The notes beneath the pieces are model-generated. The model saw nothing but the letters and a program-made list of their open reading frames with translations, was not told the origin of the DNA and did no database searches. From contig CAVOMX010000020.1 in the NCBI GenBank assembly GCA_963697165.1, forward strand, positions 1 through 45,614: a stretch of 45,614 nucleotides of DNA, written 5' to 3'. Made by a program: the position numbers and the translations under genes. This document shows positions 19,653 to 30,624 of the stretch, one piece after another. Source of the DNA: Candidatus Bathyarchaeota archaeon. GTDB lineage: Archaea; Thermoproteota; Bathyarchaeia; Bathyarchaeales; Bathyarchaeaceae. Position 1 is the first letter of the stretch. The number at the start of each line of letters is the position of its first letter.

Positions 19653-20186
19653 TTAGGGAATAATAGTTATCAAAATGTTACGGTTAGTAGAATAATTGGA
19701 TCCAACTGCTGATGCGCTCACGTCAAGAATTACTCTATATTCTCCTAAAGGAGCATCTTTGGCTGAATTTATTGTTATGACTATAGTTTTTGGTTCTTTA
19801 TATTTTAGAATTGGTTGATTAGGGTTAAATGTTATCTCAAGAGGTACTGGTTCGGTCGAAGACCAAGATTGATCTTGATAAGTCTTTAAATACCAAGAAA
19901 AATTCGTTGTTGCATCCGATTCATGGACAAGTGACGTCATATATAGGTTTATGCTAAATGACTCGCCTTGAATGGCTTCAAAATTTTTCAAAGAAAGAGT
20001 AACGTTGTAGGGTTCAGGTTCTGGTCTACGTTCTGGTTCAGTTTCTGGTTCAGATGTAATCGGAATCTCCTCAAAATCAGTAGCAAAATACCAAACAATT
20101 CCAACAAGAGAAGCAAATATCACCAAAAGCAAAAACAAAACGACAAACTTTCGCTGTTTTGGCATCACAACCCCCTGCACTAGCAA
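19653..20186 (-). CDS. Membrane-anchored protein with PE-rich linker and beta-sandwich-like domain
   Basis: N-terminal TM, EPETEPERRPEPEP linker, DAPLGEYRVIL Ig-like ending. Confidence 0.7.
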   Translation of the reverse strand: MLVQGVVMPKQRKFVVLFLLLVIFASLVGIVWYFATDFEEIPITSEPETEPERRPEPEPYNVTLSLKNFEAIQGESFSINLYMTSLVHESDATTNFSWYLKTYQDQSWSSTEPVPLEITFNPNQPILKYKEPKTIVITINSAKDAPLGEYRVILDVSASAVGSNYSTNRNILITIIP

Positions 20187-20437
20187 ATTTGTTTAATACG
20201 ATTTATTTTTTGTGGGAGTAAATTTTAATCCTCATTCAATCCTAAAAAATCTATAAGATATCTCGATATCAATTTAAATTGCATAATGACAAAACAGTAA
20301 AAGTGGAAGTCAAACCTTGGATAGTGGTATTTCGGGAGATTATCGCCACACAATATTGATTTTTGCTTCATAACGCTTATCAGAAATTCTAGTCCATACC
20401 CTTAATCTAACGAGTTAAATTTAGGGTGTGTTTAATT

Positions 20438-20605
20438 TTGAGAATACTGCGGCGAAAGCCCGTGCATAATCGATGTGGGGCTTGCAAAGAAGCAATTATT
20501 TCATCAAGAATCTACTGTGAACGGCTAGGAGAATACGTGAAGGACCTAGTTTACTGTCCATACTTCGAGCCAAAACCCGAGTTTAAACTGCAGGCGATAC
20601 ACTAA
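20438..20605 (+). CDS. Small Cys-containing protein (55 aa), below the ORF-track cutoff
   Basis: MRILRRKPVHNRCGACKEAIISSRIYCERLGEYVKDLVYCPYFEPKPEFKLQAIH*; GGTG RBS upstream; ends flush with the convergent gene. Confidence 0.6.
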   Translation: MRILRRKPVHNRCGACKEAIISSRIYCERLGEYVKDLVYCPYFEPKPEFKLQAIH

Positions 20606-21004
20606 CTAGTGATACAGTTTCCTGTTTTTCCTTCTTTTCTTCTCAAAGAAATCATGAATCCTTAACAGTTGATCTTTGGCAATCCATGTTTTCTTTTGGG
20701 CTTCGTTGAGCTCGTCTGCATCAATATTTCTTGACGCTTCTTTTAGAGAGTCCCGCGTAGAAATCAGTATTGATTCTATTTCTGGCTGTTTTGAGGAAAG
20801 TTTCCTAGATGACTTCCGGTTTTCCTGTGGATATTCAAGTAAAAAAAGAAAGAGGGCATATTCTAGGTCAGAGGATGCTTTCCACGTCTGTTGCATAACT
20901 TTTTCTTCATTACCTTTAGCCTGTAGCTCGATAGCGTCTTCAAGACGCGTCAAAGCAGAATTCAAAGTTTTTACGATTTTTTCTTTCTGCATCTTTGGTC
21001 CCAA
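20606..21004 (-). CDS. Hypothetical helical protein
   Basis: 132-aa ORF with amphipathic helices. Confidence 0.7.
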   Translation of the reverse strand: MGPKMQKEKIVKTLNSALTRLEDAIELQAKGNEEKVMQQTWKASSDLEYALFLFLLEYPQENRKSSRKLSSKQPEIESILISTRDSLKEASRNIDADELNEAQKKTWIAKDQLLRIHDFFEKKRRKNRKLYH

Positions 21005-21139
21005 AAAGATATTCTACAGTATCATTTCTACTCAATAACCAGAAGCTATTCTTTAATTTCTTTCTCTGCAAAGAAACTGTAGTCTCGAAAGTTTTAAGTG
21101 ATGAGAAAGTTAAGCCTTATGTTCGAGGCATGAAACCAG

Positions 21140-21391
21140 TTGAGAAACAGATATTTGGGTGCTCTACTCTTTGCTTTAGCGTTATTTGCGATGGTCGGAT
21201 ATTTCTGGCTGCTTTTTTTGACTCCAGAAGATGCGGTTTTCTTGGGTAAAACCATCAGCGAATGGACGATAATCATTCCAGTTATAATCATAGTCTACGC
21301 GGTTCTTCTTGTGGTTGCATGGATCGGCTGGGCTTTGGCTTCCACAGCTCCACCCCTCCATGTAACTGTGGAATCTTCAGACGATGATTAA
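21140..21391 (+). CDS. Small 2-TM archaeal membrane protein
   Basis: Two TM helices ending AWIGWALASTAPP. Confidence 0.7.
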   Translation: MRNRYLGALLFALALFAMVGYFWLLFLTPEDAVFLGKTISEWTIIIPVIIIVYAVLLVVAWIGWALASTAPPLHVTVESSDDD

Positions 21392-21408
21392 CACGGGCAC
21401 CGGCGATT

Positions 21409-22041
21409 CTATATTTTGCGTCTCAGCAAGATAGCTAAAACAAGAACTATCGCTATTACTATAAGAACAATCGACAACAACGGATCTAGCCCGAATGTTT
21501 GAGGTTGCCAAATGTTCGTTTTTTCTGCTTTTGTAGTCAAAGTGAAGTTTGGATATTGGGATGTAGCTTCGACAAGGAAGCCCGTTGATCTGTCCCAATA
21601 GAACGTGGTGTGTGAAGAGGATGCAGTTACAACAGTTCGTTTTGCGTCTGCATAGGTTTTTTCTTCAACATCGCTGATCGTTAGGGTACCCTCGATTTGT
21701 TCCAAGAATATGTCTCCCTTATCCAAGTTTCCGGGGATAATGAAGCAGTCTCCTATCTGACCTGTCTCAAGATTGAGGGTTGCAGTTACTGTTTCTTCTT
21801 TTCCGTCAGAGTATCTTGATGTAATAACAATTTCGATTTTTTTGTCTTGAATGCTTATTACTTCAATTTTTGCCCAGTTTACGTCATGTTGCGGGGGAAC
21901 GTCTCCGCTGTAGGTTACCTGATATTCTATAAAGTCTCCTTCATTTACGCCCACTGAAACATCAGCTAAAGCAAGCTCCGAAAATATTGCACCAAAGAGA
22001 ATAGCGAAACAAATTATGTATGATGCAATTTTTCTCGTCAT
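21409..22041 (-). CDS. Exported protein with signal peptide and C-terminal membrane anchor
   Basis: Signal peptide, VGVNEGDFIEY, YWDRSTGFLVE, C-terminal TM followed by RRK. Confidence 0.8.
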   Translation of the reverse strand: MTRKIASYIICFAILFGAIFSELALADVSVGVNEGDFIEYQVTYSGDVPPQHDVNWAKIEVISIQDKKIEIVITSRYSDGKEETVTATLNLETGQIGDCFIIPGNLDKGDIFLEQIEGTLTISDVEEKTYADAKRTVVTASSSHTTFYWDRSTGFLVEATSQYPNFTLTTKAEKTNIWQPQTFGLDPLLSIVLIVIAIVLVLAILLRRKI

Positions 22042-22212
22042 ACTTCCCCTATTAATAGGTTATTTCTCCAGTTTTTATGATTTACGGAAAAACAGCAAAA
22101 GAAAACATGACCTTGGATAAACGTTACATGTTATGTTCATGCTCTTTTGGTTTGTTTACTTGTTACGCCTTTAGGTTATTTTTTTCAGTTTTATTCTATA
22201 TCTTGATTTATT

Positions 22213-22500
22213 TCAGTATCTCTGCAAAAATCTTGAGCTTCTCTGCCGTTTAGACATTTTGAGTTTTGTATTATCCTTGGGGTATAACTCAATCTCTGCA
22301 AAATATTGTAGAGCAGAAAGCAACTCGCTAATAATCCTGAAACATTTTATCCCACATGCATAATCAGCCTTGCGACAGTTAGGGGCAGTAACCCGAATAA
22401 TGTAGCTGACGGGAAACGGTTCTTCAAACTTTGCTATTATTGCCAGGCTACCGTTTTCTCCGTTCTTCCTCTTCAATAATATGTTCTCGCATGTAGCCAC
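22213..22500 (-). CDS. Hypothetical protein
   Basis: 95-aa GTG ORF with GGTG-like RBS downstream of rad50. Confidence 0.45.
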   Translation of the reverse strand: MATCENILLKRKNGENGSLAIIAKFEEPFPVSYIIRVTAPNCRKADYACGIKCFRIISELLSALQYFAEIELYPKDNTKLKMSKRQRSSRFLQRY

Positions 22501-22582
22501 GTATCTACCACACCCACAATTTCGTAATAATGTTTCAAAGTTTATTGCTTCGTACGCATATTTAGCAGCACAGTTTGAACTG

Positions 22583-24671
22583 TCATTTCTCTATGTAGAC
22601 TTGGCTTGCTCCCGACTCTTTCTCGATACGTATCACATGTTCTGCTTTTTCTGCGAAGGATTCATTGTGGGTTACAGCAATTATCTGTTCGATAGACTTC
22701 AATCGGCTGACCGCCTCAGCCAACCGCTCTACGGAGCCGTCTTCGCTTCCCAGACTCTCTGTAGGCTCATCCAAAAGAAGCATGTATAGACCATGACCTG
22801 TTCTCGACTGCATGATAAGCTGCCCAAGACCTATACGGTAGGCGAACGCCAGCAGAGTGACGTTCTCCGCCTGAAAGATTCGCAACTTCCCGCTCGTAGC
22901 CCTCCTCACTAGATACAAACGGAGAATAAGCCTCGTCGATTTTGACATTTAGTGCGGGTCCAACGTCTCCGGTTAGACTGTCTAGTACCTGCTGAACAGT
23001 CATTTGCAGATAGGTAACGAATTCTTTTCGAAGTTTAGGCTGGATGCTCCGGTAGGCAACTCTTATACGGTCTATTATTTCAAGAAGCTTGCTGATGCCT
23101 TCTTTTCGTTCACTCTTCTTTTGAACGTTATCCAACCGTTCTTTTAGGTCATCTAATCTCAACGCAAGATCGGCTTTTCTTTGCTCTAAACTATCCACTT
23201 CATGCTTAGAATTGAGACGATCAGCAAAAGCGTCTTTTTGCAGTTTTCGCGCAGACTCCAGTTCAGTAACATCAAATTTTGATATCTCCTCTTGCGTTTC
23301 ACAAAGCTGCACCTGTAGTCTCTTTGCCTCTTGCTTCGCAGCTTCAAGTTGTGCAGAAAACTTGTTCAATGACTCCCGCTTTTCTGAGACCTGTTTCTTG
23401 AGGTCTTCGATTCGAGGAATAAGTTGCTGCAGATTCGAGACCGCAACATCTACTATCCTATGGTGGCTCTTTAGTTCCTCAAGTTTTGTTTCAAGTTCTG
23501 TTAGTCTTTTTTCGTTGTCAGCATTTTCTTTTTGAAGATTTTCTTTGAGGCTTTTCTTGTAATCGCCGGTGAGTTCTTGAAGACAGCGGGGACACTTGTT
23601 TTCTGTTATTATGCTCGAAATCTTGTTTATGGAAGAATTCATCTCTCTTTTGGTGGCTTCTTGCTCGCCGCCACTAGTTCTTAGTTGCTCCTCTACAGCA
23701 AAAAGATGGACTCTTATGTCCTCAAGAGACGTGTCTGTAGCAAATCCAACTTTCTCTAATGAATCTTGATGAAGCTTCTTTTGTGTCTCCAGTTGTTCAA
23801 TGAGCCGTTCTTGCTCATCAAGGCGTCTCTTATTCACTTCATTCTGGTCTACAAGTTCTCTAGACCTGCTTTTTATGTTGTTGAGGTTTGTTTGAAGCTG
23901 AATCTCCATTCTCTGCAGAGCCTCAGTTGTCTTCCGTAGCTCTTCTAAGCCATCAAGACGGGAGGTCGCCTCATTGAGTCTAGATTCTGCGGTGACAAAT
24001 TTTTCTTTTGCATCTTCGATTTGACAAGTAACGGACGAAAAATCTTCAACTGCCTTGCTGTAGTCGCCCTCAAGTTTTGCGACGCGGATTATGTCAATGT
24101 CCCGTTCGAGAGCATTCTTTTCTCCCTCATATGTTCTCTGGAATAGCTGCAGACCGCTCCATGCAGCTTCGTAGTCTGAAAGCCCAAATAGTTCATCCAG
24201 CTTTTTTTGGCGCTGCCGAGGAGTTGTGTCTAGAAGTTCTTTGAGGTGTTCTTGGCGCACCCAAACAACCTCTCGGAAAATGTTTTTGTCTAATCCAGTC
24301 AGAGCTTTCAGTTCCTCTGATACTGCGTCGTTTTTGTTGCTTGCAATAAGGTTGCCGTCTCGATAAAACTTGAGTTGGTCAATGTCTTGGCTGATGCCAT
24401 TTCCGTGCCTATGAAGCGCTCGTTGAATCTTGTATGTTCTGCCGTTCTGAACAAAAACCGCTGTTACTTTTCCCTCTTCTGCATCTTCCCTGAGGAGATA
24501 GTCGTAGCTTCTGCCTAATGGGTCTCCGAAGAGCACAAAATCGAAAGCATAAAGAACCGTGGACTTTCCCTGTCCCAGACCGCCAACCAGACAGTTGAAT
24601 CCCGCACCAAACGGAACCACTGTTTTGACGTGCGACCTGATGTTCTCCAGCTGCAGAGACTCCAGTTTCAA
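22583..24671 (-). CDS. rad50: Rad50/SbcC ATPase (one +1 frameshift near 22860)
   Basis: Walker A GGLGQGKST, coiled coil, zinc hook CPRC, LSGGER, LLLDEPTESL, AVTH; adjacent to mre11. Confidence 0.93.
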
Positions 24672-25867
24672 AGAAATTCCTCCAGCTTCTCTTTCACTTT
24701 CGTTTCCCGCTTCTCCACCAATGGAGCTATCAAATCGACGGCGAACCGAGCAATTTTTTCGCTCTCTTCCCGCGTGTAGTTTTCGGCAAAAATCTCGAAG
24801 AAGTACTCGAAGGCTTTGGCTCTCAGGTCCTTCATGTCTCCGCCGAAGATGGAACGAATTATCTCCTCAGAAATTTCGGTTTCTCGTAGCCGAAGAAGTG
24901 GATGAACAAGAAGAGCCTTTTCGCCAGCATTTCTTATCTTCGCGAGGTCGATTTCACCCCGTCCAGCCTCTGCCGGCAACACTCCCCTAACGACAGGAAC
25001 TATAATGACGTCCGGTTCATCATTCTCTTTAACCAGCTTTACCACTGCCTCGGTTATCTTCGAGGGAATTAAACCCGTGTAGTTCTGCTCCAGAATAATG
25101 AATTTACGTGCAGTCTCCAATTTTACGCGTTCAATTTTTGGTTTACCAATCTTGTTGACTTGAACATGATAGAATCCCTTCTCGGTTTTTGCCTCATCAT
25201 AACTCGCCGTTTCAGTGCCACCACTATAAACCAAAAGGCCCTTCTTGAAACTTGACATGTAAGGCTTGTGTATGTGCCCACCAGCATAATAGTTGAAGCC
25301 TCCGGGAAGACTTTCTGGGCTAGCTTCAGCCTCCATTTTTGGTGGCTTGATTGCAGGAATATCCAAAGCCATATGAAAAACAAAAATATTAAACAGCGAC
25401 GGGTCTGGGACAGGCTTCTTCTTTTCCAGAAACAAAGGCAGTTCCTCTTGAGTTTTTCTGGCGGTTCGAAAGTTGGGTATACCATAAACGTAGCAGCTTT
25501 CGTTTTTCCAGAAGGCGCCCTCATGACGAGGCAAATACCAAATCAAACCTGCACTGTCTAGTGGATTAAGAATCGTACTTGTTATAATGTTGGGTGCAGA
25601 ATCATGGGAACCATCAACGGCGAGGACAGGTATCCCAGCATCTTTTAACCTCCGAAAATTAGCAATAGCAGCCTCGAGGGTAGAGTTCGATGGACGAGCA
25701 TGCTCAAAAATGTCACCCGCAATTACCATAAAATCCGGCGCTAAATCGATTGTTTTGTCCACCAGTTCCCCAAAGACGCTATCAAAGTCTCTGCGCCGCA
25801 CGTCCAGATTGTACTGGGAATACCCCAGATGCAAATCAGCGGCGTGAACAAAACTGAAGGGTTTCAT
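24668..25867 (-). CDS. mre11: Mre11/SbcD nuclease
   Basis: ADLHLG, AGDIFE, GSHD, GGHIH metallophosphoesterase motifs. Confidence 0.94.
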   Translation of the reverse strand: MKPFSFVHAADLHLGYSQYNLDVRRRDFDSVFGELVDKTIDLAPDFMVIAGDIFEHARPSNSTLEAAIANFRRLKDAGIPVLAVDGSHDSAPNIITSTILNPLDSAGLIWYLPRHEGAFWKNESCYVYGIPNFRTARKTQEELPLFLEKKKPVPDPSLFNIFVFHMALDIPAIKPPKMEAEASPESLPGGFNYYAGGHIHKPYMSSFKKGLLVYSGGTETASYDEAKTEKGFYHVQVNKIGKPKIERVKLETARKFIILEQNYTGLIPSKITEAVVKLVKENDEPDVIIVPVVRGVLPAEAGRGEIDLAKIRNAGEKALLVHPLLRLRETEISEEIIRSIFGGDMKDLRAKAFEYFFEIFAENYTREESEKIARFAVDLIAPLVEKRETKVKEKLEEFL

Positions 25868-26010
25868 TGCGAATTTTTTCTCCTCTCTCCAACCCGTTAA
25901 CTCGTGAACAGTTAGTTGCTTCAGTTGCTTTTATAAGTTAAAGCCTAATGCCTTAACAGTTTTTCTTAGCATTTAGAACCATCTGCGAATTCAACATTCA
26001 TATTAAGAGA

Positions 26011-26032
26011 TTAATAACAGGTTAATAACAGG
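26011..26032. repeat. Perfect 11-bp tandem repeat TTAATAACAGG x2
   Basis: Seen directly in the intergenic DNA upstream of mre11. Confidence 0.8.
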
Positions 26033-26063
26033 TGATTGTTGAAAACAGTCTTTTTCTGGAAAT

Positions 26064-26439
26064 CTAATTCTTCGCAATCTTGAAATGCGAACTTCTTCCG
26101 GCACTGATGTACTCTCCACCAAGGTCGCGTACAACAGACGCGATTTTGGCGAAATTGTCAGAACCCAAGAATCTCCGCGGCTTCACTATAATGAATTTTC
26201 CGCTTTCTTCAAAGAGTAACATGCCCGCAAGCTCTGAAGAAAACGCCTGTTTAACATCGTTGAGGTCATGCTTCTTTTCGGAGGGGCGCAACTGAAACTG
26301 CAGCGGCAGTTGCTGATCCACTTATCGCTTTAAGTGACTTGGAAACTTCGGATAGTTCCACCGAGACCGCCTTCAGGACATTAAGAAGCTCATCGACCTT
26401 TTGGGCTAACTCTTGGATGCCTACTTTCTCTTCCCCCAT
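26064..26439 (-). CDS. Hypothetical protein (~124 aa; frameshift near 26283)
   Basis: ORFs 26266-26457 and 26064-26321 join by removing one base; GGAGG RBS before the ATG at 26439. Confidence 0.7.
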
Positions 26440-26558
26440 CAACCGTCGCCTCCACATAACTGGTTTGCAATTAGGTTACTCATTTGTTTTTTCCTATTCC
26501 AGATACCGTTTGAGTATTCATTCTCTTAAAGAACAGAAATAGAGCAACTACCAAAAAG

Positions 26559-26999
26559 CTATTTAACAATCAACACGGGACAGCTGGACTTGTCCACAAC
26601 TCTAGAACTAACACTTCCAAGAGCAGAAACTCTACCACCTAACCCTCTACTTCCCATAACAATCAAGTCAAAACCACCAAGTTCTGCCACCTCAACAATT
26701 TTCTCAGAAGGCTCCCCCTTCTCAAACCTCGTCGAAACTTTAAACGTGCGTTTTCTCTTCCGAACCTCCTCCTGCGCTTTAGACAACACACCCCTAAAAC
26801 TAATCTCTAATTCTTTAGCGCACTCTCCAAGAGCATCTGATTTAAGAACATAAATGGAATATGAGGGCAAAAAAACTGGCGGGACAATCGTTAGCAACTC
26901 AATATTCGCGGAAGTCATCTCTGCTAATCCAAGTGCAAAATTTAATGCATTATTGGATGCTTTGGAACCATCTAGAGCAACTAAAATGTTCTTAACCAA
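26559..26999 (-). CDS. uspA: Universal stress protein
   Basis: KNILVALDGS...DLIVMGSRG...LGSVSSRVV...CPVLIVK. Confidence 0.93.
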   Translation of the reverse strand: MVKNILVALDGSKASNNALNFALGLAEMTSANIELLTIVPPVFLPSYSIYVLKSDALGECAKELEISFRGVLSKAQEEVRKRKRTFKVSTRFEKGEPSEKIVEVAELGGFDLIVMGSRGLGGRVSALGSVSSRVVDKSSCPVLIVK

Positions 27000-27135
27000 T
27001 ATTTTTCCCTCAAGATATGAAACAATCAAATGCCGATAAATATAGGTTGTCTTCATTATTCAACAGTTTTGAAACTATGACATCCAGCAACGCCACTTTC
27101 CAGCCGCCACCCCCTCCTCCAAATTGGCGCACAAA

Positions 27136-27450
27136 TCAAAAGTCAAGTATCGACGTAACTACTCTAAAGTATGCTCTTAATCGTGGTCTATTAGCCTCAA
27201 AATGTTCTTGGTTCAAGAATTCGTTGCAGATACAACCTGAAAGGATTTCCCGTTTATGACGCCAAGTTTCACAGAGCATTTATCAAAATTTTCGCAACAC
27301 AAACAGAACTCTTTTTACATCTCCAGGCCTAACGCATTTCTGATCACAAAGGCAGCCCATGTTGGATGTTGCAAAATGAACTTATTAATCTCTGCAATGG
27401 TCACTTTCGGTTTACACTGGAGTTTTTTTAAATCATCACATGCAACTCAA
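27136..27450 (-). pseudogene. Possible disrupted Cys-rich hypothetical gene
   Basis: Joined frames give ..CDDLKKLQCKPKVTIAEINKFILQHPTWAAFVIRNALGLEM*KEFCLCCENFDKC..GCICNEFLNQEHFEANRPRLRAYFRVVTSILDF*; AGGAG RBS. Confidence 0.4.
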
Positions 27451-27588
27451 AAAACTTTCTCCTAGTATCTAAGGAAATCTAGAAAGAAAAAGTTTGTTGA
27501 TATCCAGAGCATCTGACAGGATACGTATAAGAATGCTCATTATTTAACATTAAATAACTGAGGAAAGCATAATTTCAGTAGAACAGAA

Positions 27589-28624
27589 ATGTTAGAGATT
27601 GACGGCAGCCAAAAAAGCGGCAGCGGAACAATATTACGGCTATCCATCGCTCTCGCAGCCATTAATCAGGAGACATTGCACATTTACAACATCCGCCACA
27701 ACCGCAAACAACCGGGACTGCGCCCCCAGCACCTAGAATCTGTTATTACAGCAGCGAAGCTCTGTAACGCTGAAACAGAAGGGGTAAAGTTTGGTTCTCG
27801 TGAACTATGGTTTAAGCCAAACGGCATCATAAGCGGTGAGGTTAGGGCTGAGATAGGCACTGCGGGAAGCATATCCATGCTGCTTTTGACGGTTCTGCCA
27901 ATCTGCGCATACGCGAAGGGTGACGTTAGAGTTCATGTTGTTAATGGTGGCACTGATGTCCGCTATGCTCCTACGATTAATTATATGAAGTACGTGCTTT
28001 TGCCTACTCTTGAGCGGATGGGATTGAAGGCTTCTTTATCTATCAAAAGGTTTGGGTACTATCCTAAGGGCATGGGAGAAGTCGTCTTGAAAGTTAATTC
28101 TGGCGCTCAGCTCTGCCCATTGTCAATAGAAGAGTTTGGTAATGTAGAAGAGATTGAGGGCGTTTCCGTCTGCACCTTCTTAGAGAAGCAGAGGGTGGCA
28201 GAGCGGCAAGCCGAAGCAGCAATGAATGTTCTTAGAAATCATGGCTACGACACAAAAATTCGCGTCGTAAATGACCAGTCTAACTCTCTTCAGAAGGGCA
28301 GTTCCATAGCATTATGGTCAAAAACAAGCAAAGGTGTCCTATTGGGGGGAGACGCCATAGGAGAAATGGGGAAGTCCAGTGAGGCAGTAGGCAGAGAAGC
28401 AGCAGAAAACCTAATGAAAGAAACTGATGCCCATACAACTGTTGATGTTCATCTTGCGGACATGCTTGTGCCCTACATAGCCTTGGCAAACGGACACCTC
28501 AACTTATCTAACACGCAAAATAACAGACCACCTAGACACAAACATCTGGTTAACCGAGAAGATTTTAGGCACAAAAATTCAAGTCACAAAAGCGGGAAAC
28601 CAGTATAGAATTGAGAAAAAATGA
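27589..28624 (+). CDS. rtcA: RNA 3'-terminal phosphate cyclase (frameshift near 28497)
   Basis: IDGSQKSGSGTILR, PGLRPQHL, GGTDV, GYYPKGMG, VDVHLADML; the +1 frame continues ITDHLDTNIW to TGA at 28624. Confidence 0.93.
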
Positions 28625-28678
28625 AGGAGTAAACATTATAAGCCGCTGTTCTTGCGTAGCATACTTGAGGACAAATTC

Positions 28679-29641
28679 TTGAGTTTATGGAAACTACGTT
28701 TTTCCTTAATAGGAACCCTAGCACTTATCATCGGATTATCAACACTCTTCTTCACAGTTATCCTGTCTCTAGCAGGAGTCAGCATAATGTTTCTACCATT
28801 CATAGTTGTCATCTTCAACATAATCCAGTGGCTAATAGCACCATACCTCATAGACGTCATGTACCGAGTAAAAGAAGTCAAACCCCAAGAAGATCCAGCA
28901 TTACATGGAATGGTGGAACGGCTCAGCCAAAAAAGCAAAATCAAAAAACCCAAACTTATGAAAGCAAAAATGCCAATACCTAACGCCTTCGCTTACAGTT
29001 CCCCACTCACAGGAAGCAGAGTTGCAGTAACAACTGGACTTCTGGAAAACCTTGACACAGAAGAAGTGGAAGCTGTAATCGGACATGAGTTAGGTCACCT
29101 AAAGCACAGAGACGTCCAAGTTATGATGTTTGTCTCCATACTCCCAGCAATCTTCTATTTCATAGGATACTCTATGCTCCTCTCCTCTATGTTCAACCGA
29201 AGAGACACCAGAGACAGCGGAGGAGCAGCTATCATCGGCATCGCAAGCATCCTTCTCTACTGGATACTCACACTCTTCACACTTTACCTAAGCCGAATAC
29301 GAGAATACTACGCAGATAGGCACAGTGCCTCAATCGTAGAAGATGGATCACGAAAACTCTCTGAAGGACTGGCAAAGATAGTTAACTCGACAAACAACAT
29401 GAAAAGAGGTCGCCGCGATAAAGGTGGCTCCAACTCGTTCAAGGCTCTTTTCATCTCAGACCCTGACCGATCAGAGATAGACGCTGCGGCATTAATGCAA
29501 TTAGGAAGCGGCATGGGCGACAGAAATCTTGTTGAAGCGGTTCTGCGAAAAAAAATCACCACTTTCGACAGGGTTATGGAAGTCTTTTCGACCCACCCCA
29601 ACATAGTGAAGCGGTTGAGAGCGCTCCAAGAACTCTCTTAA
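28679..29641 (+). CDS. htpX: HtpX zinc metalloprotease (M48)
   Basis: PNAFA, HELGH, SRIREYYAD, FSTHP; TM helices. Confidence 0.93.
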   Translation: MSLWKLRFSLIGTLALIIGLSTLFFTVILSLAGVSIMFLPFIVVIFNIIQWLIAPYLIDVMYRVKEVKPQEDPALHGMVERLSQKSKIKKPKLMKAKMPIPNAFAYSSPLTGSRVAVTTGLLENLDTEEVEAVIGHELGHLKHRDVQVMMFVSILPAIFYFIGYSMLLSSMFNRRDTRDSGGAAIIGIASILLYWILTLFTLYLSRIREYYADRHSASIVEDGSRKLSEGLAKIVNSTNNMKRGRRDKGGSNSFKALFISDPDRSEIDAAALMQLGSGMGDRNLVEAVLRKKITTFDRVMEVFSTHPNIVKRLRALQELS

Positions 29642-29752
29642 TCGACACTCTACAAGCTCGCTAGATTTACCAAACTTCTATTTTTCAACATAAAATAAGA
29701 GTGCAGAACAAATCAAATCAGCAAACAATATCAAAAACATAAATGGGGTGAA

Positions 29753-30217
29753 TTGAGAATGGGTTTAACGATTCTGAGAAAGAAAATTTATTACGCTTTA
29801 GGATTTGCCCTAGCCGTTCTCGGAGTCATAATGTCGCTTACGGTGGTTTGGAGATGGTGGGCAACGGATGTTTTCTCTGATGCAAACATTTCCAAAGCGT
29901 TAATGGCAAGTTTTGGGAATGCAGATGAACGGTTAGGTTTAGGCGTGGGAATATCTCTTTTCCATAAACAATCCTAGGCATTCTGTCCCTTGTAGTAGGC
30001 TCTGTAATTCTGGTTCTAAGAAGAGAAAAAATTACAGTAACTAGAAGAAGTTACCACACTTCTTGAATGTCCACTATGCAAGCATCAGTAGCAAGAAGCC
30101 ATGTCAAAGTCGCATCTAGAATCTATTGGCTATCAAAACGTGAAAACTCTCGCTAGCCACAGATGTCCCAAATGTGCAAAATTCATCCGCCCAAAAATAG
30201 CGGCAACAAAAAAATAA
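29753..30217 (+). pseudogene. Membrane protein with C-terminal zinc ribbon, disrupted
   Basis: TM ORF continues in other frames to ECPLCKHQ*...RCPKCAKFIRPK. Confidence 0.55.
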
Positions 30218-30230
30218 CAACAGTCAATAA

Positions 30231-30413
30231 CTAGAATGTCTCAAGCATCTTTCTCAGCGATTCGGCTTCTTCTCGAAGCACAGCCACCTCACACTCTAGT
30301 GCGATAGCTTTTCCCTCTGCCTCGTTTCTTAGGTCCTTCACGTTTTCTAGAAGTTGAGCTTTCTCATCTTCCAGCATTTCGATTTTTTCCCTCAGTTCTT
30401 TCAAAGTTAACAT
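30231..30413 (-). CDS. Small coiled-coil protein
   Basis: 60-aa ORF with heptad pattern. Confidence 0.7.
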   Translation of the reverse strand: MLTLKELREKIEMLEDEKAQLLENVKDLRNEAEGKAIALECEVAVLREEAESLRKMLETF

Positions 30414-30624
30414 TTTGTAAGCCTCTACTCTAGAATTCTCTTCTGACTTGATATATCACTTATTACAACCGAGACCATAATTCGAAATCAGACATATCAA
30501 CAGACGAAAAACTGCGAAAACATAAACAGGAATCTCCACGTAAGATACAATTAAATCTTACCCAATAAGCAAAAACAATCCAGCAGACCTTATTAAGAGG
30601 AAAATACCTCTGGAAGAAAAAACG

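Noticed and set aside
20448..20466. GC-rich hairpin with GAAA loop suggesting an ncRNA
   Set aside because: Short imperfect stem inside a plausible small CDS; no tRNA or SRP features.
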